This document shows, one piece after another, positions 26,088 to 32,000 of a DNA stretch of 32,000 bases. The notes under the pieces were generated by a model. The model worked only from the letters and a program-made list of their open reading frames with translations. It was not told the DNA's origin and ran no database searches. The position numbers and the translations under genes are program-made. Positions within the stretch are counted from its first letter, which is position 1, and the number at the start of each line of letters is the position of its first letter. Source of the DNA: Candidatus Saccharimonadota bacterium (GTDB taxonomy: Bacteria; Patescibacteriota; Microgenomatia; UBA1406; GWC2-37-13); NCBI GenBank assembly GCA_016432445.1, contig CP066689.1, positions 960,001-992,000 on the forward strand, written 5' to 3'.

Positions 26088-28181
26088 ATGGGAAGAGTAG
26101 AGTTTCACCTGTTTCACCGAGAAAAAACACCAACTCCTGAACTAGTTGCGGCTTTTCCTCAGCATGTAGGCTTGCAGGGACGTTTATTGCTTGGCGGAGA
26201 AGCTTTAAATCCTGTCAAAAAAGATCTGTACGAGGTGACAGAACGTACCCTAGGCAAGCTTGCCAGCCATGATTATAAACCTCTTAATAATGCTTCAACC
26301 GGAGAAAGAACAGATTATTGGGATGGAAAAGAAGGTAACATTTTCTCTGCACAAAAAAGAGCCTGGGTAGAAAACACTGTCTCAATTTTCCAGAATACAA
26401 GAGGTTTTTTTGCCAATACGGATGAAGGTAAAAAATGGACTAAATTGTACAGACGCTTTGGAATTGAAACTTTAAACGTCAAATCTAACTCTATTGAGAA
26501 TTTTTACCATAAATACTTTACCGGTCCTTATAAACAGTCAGATATTAAAAGGTTTGTTTTTGATATTTTAGCTATTTACCGAGATCCTCAAAAAAAAACT
26601 CTTGACTATAAAAAACTGCAGGAAGATCTTGAAAGCATTCAGTGGATTGCCAATATTTTTGGCGCAACTTCAGCCGAGATTATCGGCCAGCTCATTGATG
26701 CTGAGGTTAAACTTCAAACTCAGCCTAAGGATTTGATTAAAAAAGTCAATGAACAAGTAAAAACAAATGGAACCAAAGTATTAAGGATTAATCATCTTAC
26801 TCAAGATGAAGAAAGACTCCTAAGGTTCCTCTGGGAAGGTAAAGAAGAAAAACTTCCTGGGTTTAAACCATCACCTGAGTGGCAGGATCCTATCCGTCCC
26901 CGCCAACCCACTCCAACTACAGAGGATATCAATAGATTTAAAATCAAGATGAAACATGTGGATAATAAAGCAACAGGAGTAAGAGATTTTCCTGACAGCC
27001 GGGAGATTGAAGGATTAACAGATCCTTTAGTTGTAGCTTATAACTTAAAACGCTTATACCCCGCAAGATATGCTCAAGATGTTAATGCCCTTGCTGAAAA
27101 TGTGCGTCAGGAACATGTTCATTTTCGAGGCTGGCTTGAGAAAATCCATCTTCCTCCTAATTATTATGTCTCAATGATGACAAAAAACTTGAGAGAATAC
27201 GCTCATTTTTTGGAAAAGACATATCGCATAACTATTCCCGAAATTAATAATTTAAAAGTGGTTCCTTTGTATGGAAAATCTGCGGAGTTATGGAATCCGA
27301 CTGGTACTGCAGGCGGTACTTTAGCTTTTGTAAACCCTCGCTACCCTGTCATATTTTTAGACTTTGATGTTATTAATCAACATGCTTTTTATCTTGGAGA
27401 AAAAAATATAGAGGAAATGACGGCCAAAGAGTTTGGTAAGATTATAGAAAAACTATTAAACGAAATCCAGCCTCATGAGTATACTCATCTTTTGTCAGAT
27501 ATTGCCAACTGGCATCTTATCAAAGATGAAGGCACACCTCAGGAGCAAACAACTGATATTGTTATGGGTAAACTAGGCTTATTGTTATTAAAACCTACTC
27601 CTCCTAAGGTAAGCCGCGAGGAAAGATTAAACTTGAAAGAAAGAGGACGAGCTTTAATGGAAGCTCTAACAGTAGAGTTGACAGAACAGTGGCTACGTCA
27701 TGTCAAAAACCGTTCTCTTGCCTTGCCTATTTATACTCGAGAAAGACAGTTATTAAACACATTGATCAATCAGATTTCCAAAGAGCGGAATGTTTCAAGG
27801 GAAGAGGTATTAGCCAAGTTTGTTGAGGCGTACTTTAAACCTCACGGCTTCAAACACTTAGCCGATTACTTATCTGGCAAAAAAATTGATAGAACCCAGT
27901 CTAAATTTGAATATGATCAAAATAGGAAACATTTTATGCAGATTATTTATGCTCTTATAGAATATGAGTCACAAGAAGCTGAAAGAAGCGGTATTTACCC
28001 TGATTACTCAATCACAAAAAATTATATCACCGGCTCGCTTTCCTTATCTCAAAAAGCACAGATTGAGCTCTTCTTAAGAGGCTACTCAAGAGCCGCATCC
28101 GACGTCCAGCTAACCCCTCAAGCTATTGAAGAGATAAGAAATGTTATAAGCGGTAAAAAACAAGAAAAGCTTGCCGCCTAG
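26088..28181 (+). CDS. orphan 697-aa protein: shared N-terminal module plus an HExxH zincin-like C-terminal region
   Basis: Long ORF with no signal peptide. Residues ~27-210 are paralogous to the next gene. HEYTH sits at codons 27474-27488 after a beta-rich segment, with acidic helices downstream (MEALTVELTEQW). Confidence 0.85.
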   Translation: MGRVEFHLFHREKTPTPELVAAFPQHVGLQGRLLLGGEALNPVKKDLYEVTERTLGKLASHDYKPLNNASTGERTDYWDGKEGNIFSAQKRAWVENTVSIFQNTRGFFANTDEGKKWTKLYRRFGIETLNVKSNSIENFYHKYFTGPYKQSDIKRFVFDILAIYRDPQKKTLDYKKLQEDLESIQWIANIFGATSAEIIGQLIDAEVKLQTQPKDLIKKVNEQVKTNGTKVLRINHLTQDEERLLRFLWEGKEEKLPGFKPSPEWQDPIRPRQPTPTTEDINRFKIKMKHVDNKATGVRDFPDSREIEGLTDPLVVAYNLKRLYPARYAQDVNALAENVRQEHVHFRGWLEKIHLPPNYYVSMMTKNLREYAHFLEKTYRITIPEINNLKVVPLYGKSAELWNPTGTAGGTLAFVNPRYPVIFLDFDVINQHAFYLGEKNIEEMTAKEFGKIIEKLLNEIQPHEYTHLLSDIANWHLIKDEGTPQEQTTDIVMGKLGLLLLKPTPPKVSREERLNLKERGRALMEALTVELTEQWLRHVKNRSLALPIYTRERQLLNTLINQISKERNVSREEVLAKFVEAYFKPHGFKHLADYLSGKKIDRTQSKFEYDQNRKHFMQIIYALIEYESQEAERSGIYPDYSITKNYITGSLSLSQKAQIELFLRGYSRAASDVQLTPQAIEEIRNVISGKKQEKLAA

Positions 28182-28206
28182 TACGCAAAACGAATAACGC
28201 AATAAT

Positions 28207-28233
28207 TTGACTTTTTAAAAAGTGTGCTATACT
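28207..28233 (+). promoter_or_regulatory. promoter with an extended -10, leaderless layout
   Basis: TTGACT (28207-28212), 15-nt spacer, TGc-TATACT (28225-28233), 6 nt, ATG 28240. Confidence 0.5.
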
Positions 28234-28239
28234 TATCTT

Positions 28240-30615
28240 ATGTCAGGAGAAAATCCACAGCCTGTTCCAATTGAAGGTGAAAAGAATCATGAACGTATTC
28301 TTCCTTATGAACCTTTAGTTGGACTGCAAGCAAGAATACTTTTGGGTGGTGAAAACATAAACTCAAAAAACCGGAGCCTTCCTGATCTAACTTTAGATCA
28401 AATAGATCAGTCAATGGCTACTCGAGAACAAACAACTTATCGATATTTAAGCAATTCTTCAACTCAAGAAAGAAAAGAATGGTGGAAAAAACAAGGAGTT
28501 GCCAAGTTTGATGAACGATTAAAAATTTGGGTTGATAAAACAACATCTGCTTTTCAAACAGGTAAAGACTACCTTAATCAAAGTGGTTGGAAAAATGCTC
28601 TAGGAAAAATTGGCATTAGCTCTGATACTTTCTCTCAACAGGATGCATTATCTCTTTATAATGAATTCTTTACTGGAGACAATAAACAATCGAAGACTAC
28701 TATTTTTATCTCTAAAGTTATTAACGCTTACTCTCAACGGGAAACTGATGGAAAAACGGTAAGTATTGATTATCAAGCCTTAAAAAAAGATCTTCCTGCT
28801 TTTCAATGGTTAGCTGGTATGTTTGGAGGATTAGGTAAAGAAGTTGTCGTTCAACTGATTGATGCTGAGGTAAAATCACGTATTCCTCAAGAAAAAGCAA
28901 CTTTAATTAATAGAGCTAATGAGAAAGAAAAAGTTAATAATCAGGCAGTAGCCAGACTTAATAGACTTAATGACAAAGAAGTTATCCTTGCAGATTACCT
29001 TTACAAAGGCAAAAGTACAGCAGATAACAATGATCATGGAGAAAATGACGGTAAAGACAACAAACGGCCTGAAGAAATAACCGAAACTGATCCTTATAAA
29101 ATAGCTTCTGTTTTGCTTGATTATGATACTGGTAAACCTAAAGATGTAAAGGTTGATCTCTCAAAAACCTTCCCACAATTCGTTGATAAAGTAAAACAAC
29201 ACATGGAAAAAGATTCTACTCTCTTTCCGTCTGGGAAAATACCTATGGTTTTATCAGATGTATCCCGCGCTATGATTGATAAAATTGCAGAGTCCGCCAA
29301 TAAAAAAAATAAAGAGCTGGGATTTGCTCTTCGTGGTGTACTATTAACCAGTGGAGATGAGAAAGATCATAAAAATGCTCTAGTAGCTGCTTTTGCTTCC
29401 CCTTCTATGGATTTTAAAGCCGCCGAGGCAGGAGTAACTCGAGTATCACCTGAGATTGAATCTCCTAATGCAGAAACTTTAGCTCAAAATACTAGTCTTG
29501 CCAGCTATTTCCAAGAACATGGAGAAACATCTAAAGGATTCCCTATTGCTAGTATTCATATACATTATGATGCTTTAGGTGAACGTTACCGCGCTAATCC
29601 TTCAGATACTGATTTCAATCAAGATATTCCTGATATTTTGAGAAAAAACAATCTCAAACAACATATCTGGGGCGTCGCCACAAAATCAGGAGGACAGCTT
29701 TATTTAAGAGTTTGGCTGAGTAAAAGAAAAGATGACGGCACTATCACCCACGAAGAAATACCTGTTGTTTTGCAATCGCAAATTGAAGGCAACAAACCTG
29801 AGCCTGAACCAGATGAAAATGATAAGCCTGAAACATCAACTGACCCATTTCCTCAACAAAGCGAAACCGAGAAAAAAATAACCGTAAGTCACCGCAAGAA
29901 TCTTGAAGCATCTCAAGCATTCATTAATAAACTTGACGAAGCTAAAGGAACAGCAATCCAAATAGTTGCTGACAATAAAGATCCCTCTAAAAATAGATGG
30001 CGAAATAAATATGGATTTGTATTTAGCCAAAATGGTTATTATGAAGTCGCAAGTATCGGTAATGTAAGAGAAAGATACGGATTACCTATGGCCATCGAAC
30101 ATTCAGGCAATCACGCAAAGCTCGTTTTAAAAATATTTAAAGATCAAGATCAATGGAAAATGATTTATTGGAATCCATATAATAGTGATGAATTAACTGG
30201 CGATCTTAATCGCGCGCCAATAAAAATTGAGACAATTGATGGATTAGAAAAAGTAACAGATTCTTCAACAGATGAAGAAGTAAAAGGAATACTAGAAGCT
30301 AATAATTTAGCGATTGATCGGGAAATTTTAGGAAAAATCATCAGTGACCCCAATTATAACTACGATCTTACTTTCGCTGATGATCGAAATCTTACTGATT
30401 CAGTAAAAGCCGCCAAATCAGGGTATCTACAACCTCATAGTGATGCCCAAAACTGTGTTGTTTTTTGCGTTTTTAATGCTGTCTTAAGAGCCGCAGCTAA
30501 ATGGCCTGAAGGAAAGTGTCCACCTGAGTTTGCAGAGTTTCAAAAAACCGGCCGGAAAAAATTTGAAGAAGATTTTGGCATCACCATAGCTACTAGAGAA
30601 CAACTCACTTCATAA
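28240..30615 (+). CDS. orphan 791-aa protein: shared N-terminal module plus a JAB/MPN+-like domain plus a CE-clan (Ulp1-like) Cys-protease-like domain
   Basis: Start at ATG 28240 places the conserved VGLQ at residue 27, exactly as in the upstream paralog. The track's GTG 28222 lies inside the promoter. The JAB-like and CE-clan motifs are detailed in the findings. Confidence 0.85.
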   Translation: MSGENPQPVPIEGEKNHERILPYEPLVGLQARILLGGENINSKNRSLPDLTLDQIDQSMATREQTTYRYLSNSSTQERKEWWKKQGVAKFDERLKIWVDKTTSAFQTGKDYLNQSGWKNALGKIGISSDTFSQQDALSLYNEFFTGDNKQSKTTIFISKVINAYSQRETDGKTVSIDYQALKKDLPAFQWLAGMFGGLGKEVVVQLIDAEVKSRIPQEKATLINRANEKEKVNNQAVARLNRLNDKEVILADYLYKGKSTADNNDHGENDGKDNKRPEEITETDPYKIASVLLDYDTGKPKDVKVDLSKTFPQFVDKVKQHMEKDSTLFPSGKIPMVLSDVSRAMIDKIAESANKKNKELGFALRGVLLTSGDEKDHKNALVAAFASPSMDFKAAEAGVTRVSPEIESPNAETLAQNTSLASYFQEHGETSKGFPIASIHIHYDALGERYRANPSDTDFNQDIPDILRKNNLKQHIWGVATKSGGQLYLRVWLSKRKDDGTITHEEIPVVLQSQIEGNKPEPEPDENDKPETSTDPFPQQSETEKKITVSHRKNLEASQAFINKLDEAKGTAIQIVADNKDPSKNRWRNKYGFVFSQNGYYEVASIGNVRERYGLPMAIEHSGNHAKLVLKIFKDQDQWKMIYWNPYNSDELTGDLNRAPIKIETIDGLEKVTDSSTDEEVKGILEANNLAIDREILGKIISDPNYNYDLTFADDRNLTDSVKAAKSGYLQPHSDAQNCVVFCVFNAVLRAAAKWPEGKCPPEFAEFQKTGRKKFEEDFGITIATREQLTS

Positions 30616-30666
30616 ATCTTGACTCAACCTACAAAGTTGCCTCTGCATTAATACTTATTGTCTCAA

Positions 30667-31164
30667 TTAGTTAAACTTTTCTTCAGGACTGGGAGGGACT
30701 GGGGCAGGAGGCGGAGGCGGAGGTGGAGCCATATCAACTGGATTAATGGAAACCGGCTCCTCTACTTTTTGAGCTGATTGGACTTGCCCTGAGCTTGCTT
30801 GCAGTGAGCCTGTCGAATCTGCCGAAGGGGTAACTGGCAAAAGATAGGCCGTGCGGAAGTTTAAAAGAACTGCGGCAATCTCTACGTCAAGATTAGGAAT
30901 TTTATCCATGAAAAATTTATTTAGCTCATCATCCGTCGGATTTTTATCCAAAAATTCATCAAGAGCAATCTGGTCTTTTTTAGACAGAAGATTTAAAAGA
31001 TGCAGGTTGATATCTTCATTTATTTGCTTTAAAAGTTCTTCTCTAACCAGATTTTTATTTTGATCGTTGACATGAGGATCTTTTCGATCGCGAATTAAAT
31101 CATCAACATAACTTAAAAGAGCCGCCTGATCCATCGCCGCCTTATCATTTGAATTGTTTTGCAT
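30667..31164 (-). CDS. hypothetical protein with a helical core resembling the Patescibacteria DUF5663 type and a poly-proline C-terminus
   Basis: 165-aa ORF. LSKKDQIALDEFLDKNPTDDELNKFFMDKIPNLDVEIAAVLLNFRTAYL. C-terminal MAPPPPPPPAPVPPSPEEKFN. Confidence 0.65.
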   Translation of the reverse strand: MQNNSNDKAAMDQAALLSYVDDLIRDRKDPHVNDQNKNLVREELLKQINEDINLHLLNLLSKKDQIALDEFLDKNPTDDELNKFFMDKIPNLDVEIAAVLLNFRTAYLLPVTPSADSTGSLQASSGQVQSAQKVEEPVSINPVDMAPPPPPPPAPVPPSPEEKFN

Positions 31165-31240
31165 AAGTGTATATAAACTTGTCCCTCCGAAGGGGAATGA
31201 TTTTATAATAAGTTAAATTTTAAATATTGTCAAATTAATT

Positions 31241-32000
31241 TCAAGCTGGCACAGTTTTATCCCCCACTTTATTATCTCTCCAATTTGGATCAGCCGCTTC
31301 ATGTTCAGAATATCCTGGTTTGTTATTATAATTTAGTGATCTAAATTCATTCAGCTTATATTTTAAAGCATTTGTGCCTGGCCGTCTTGGAGCATTTTCA
31401 GGCTTACCTCCACTTTTTTTAATCCTGTTGTTTTCAAATTCTTGCCATCGAGGATCGTCAGCTAGTCTTTTTAAAATTTCTTCTATTTCTACCTGCGAAT
31501 CTCCATAAATTGCCACCCGCGCATCAGTCGGAAGTAATCCATCATATTTACCTAATTCTTTGTTTGTTTCGCCAACCTTATAAGCTCCCATTAACCATTT
31601 GAAGTCTAATCGGTCATGTCTTTTTTTCCTTTCCTCGCCAACCTTCATCAAAAGATCCAGCACTCCTGGAAAATCTTCAGGTTCAATCATAAGGTAACCT
31701 CTAAAAGCATGATCGCTATCACTTTTTATTGGAGATCCATAAACTATCCTTTGCCACTTAAATTTGTTATCCACTCCCGTTGAAAATAAATTTTCTTGTA
31801 TCTCCCCGTTTCTCGCTTTCTCTTCAAATTGATCATAACGGTCTCTTATAACCTCTTTCAAATCACCAGGGTTGTCTTCTATCACTGATTGAGCTTCTTC
31901 TGTTTCGTTTTCTGATGGCTTAGTTTGCGGTAAAGGGGCTTTTTGTTCTCTTAATGTTTTTAAAAGCCCAGCTACATCAACGCTGTGGGACAAGAACTCA
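31241..32000 (-). CDS. orphan protein, probably N-terminally truncated by the window edge
   Basis: Frame open from 31241 to the window end; the track start is a TTG at 31993. No confident family. Confidence 0.7.
   Translation of the reverse strand, partial: EFLSHSVDVAGLLKTLREQKAPLPQTKPSENETEEAQSVIEDNPGDLKEVIRDRYDQFEEKARNGEIQENLFSTGVDNKFKWQRIVYGSPIKSDSDHAFRGYLMIEPEDFPGVLDLLMKVGEERKKRHDRLDFKWLMGAYKVGETNKELGKYDGLLPTDARVAIYGDSQVEIEEILKRLADDPRWQEFENNRIKKSGGKPENAPRRPGTNALKYKLNEFRSLNYNNKPGYSEHEAADPNWRDNKVGDKTVPA

Noticed and set aside
1122-31063. Opposite-strand ORFs from the track that lie inside longer genes. Examples: 1122-1478, 2742-3047, 2929-3141, 3672-3932, 5663-5857, 6236-6436, 6478-6831, 7024-7215, 7217-7426, 7632-7907, 9310-9537, 10103-10285, 10765-10947, 12887-13123, 13847-14041, 14611-14799, 15639-15992, 16291-16542, 16837-17082, 17689-17877, 18180-18365, 25019-25213, 29836-30030, 30165-30353 and 30851-31063.
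   Set aside because: Each is fully embedded antisense to a longer ORF with recognisable motifs or a coherent architecture. Their translations are low-complexity (Phe/Leu/Ile/Ser-rich), as expected for shadow frames in AT-rich DNA.
1-32000. Alternative genetic code, such as UGA recoding as in some CPR lineages.
   Set aside because: Long ORFs with intact conserved motifs are obtained with the standard code. TGA appears as a terminal stop, for example at 5524-5526 and 25998-26000. No conserved gene is interrupted by in-frame TGA.

Overview
AT-rich, densely coding 32-kb window. Sampled lines are about one-third G+C. Gene style suggests a Candidate Phyla Radiation / Patescibacteria-type genome; this is inference only, since no rRNA or tRNA gene is present. 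All family calls rest on motifs read by eye, with no searches run.

Housekeeping genes I recognise: ychF, def, rpmB (L28), an archaeal-type NMN adenylyltransferase, a DsbB/BdbC-like oxidoreductase, an M50 site-2 protease, a GT2 glycosyltransferase, a NUDIX hydrolase and two TrpR/YerC-like regulators.

Accessory content:
1. Best candidate for something new (25785-30615): an HTH gene followed by two tandem paralogous giant proteins. They share a ~190-aa N-terminal module at the same residue offset but carry different peptidase-like C-termini. The first has an HExxH zincin motif. The second has a JAB/MPN+-like signature and a CE-clan Ulp1-like Cys-protease signature.
2. An enzyme-less cohesin/dockerin surface-protein operon (21323-25707), plus an LPxSG-anchored cohesin protein (16686-17387).
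3. A nucleotide-centric operon (PRTase-HAD fusion, TIGR00725/LOG-like, PfkB kinase, NUDIX). It sits behind a tandem-hairpin terminator/antiterminator leader and is divergent from a TrpR-like regulator.
4. An orphan operon around a 613-aa HD-domain protein (1016-4583).
5. Two visibly G+C-richer islands. One (11790-12760) is nearly gene-free. It has its own promoter, a 55-nt hairpin, two micro-ORFs with canonical Shine-Dalgarno boxes, and a four-way-junction RNA ending in a U-tract.

Genome-style oddities:
- A recurrent -10 box / 6-7 nt / ATG (leaderless) start architecture.
- Degenerate heptanucleotide tandem arrays arranged as inverted pairs, some inside coding regions.
- A G+C-rich palindrome inserted in frame in ychF.
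- An E. coli trp-operator-like ACTAGT-AT-ACTAGT palindrome over the promoter of a TrpR-like gene.

No CRISPR array, transposase or integrase was seen.
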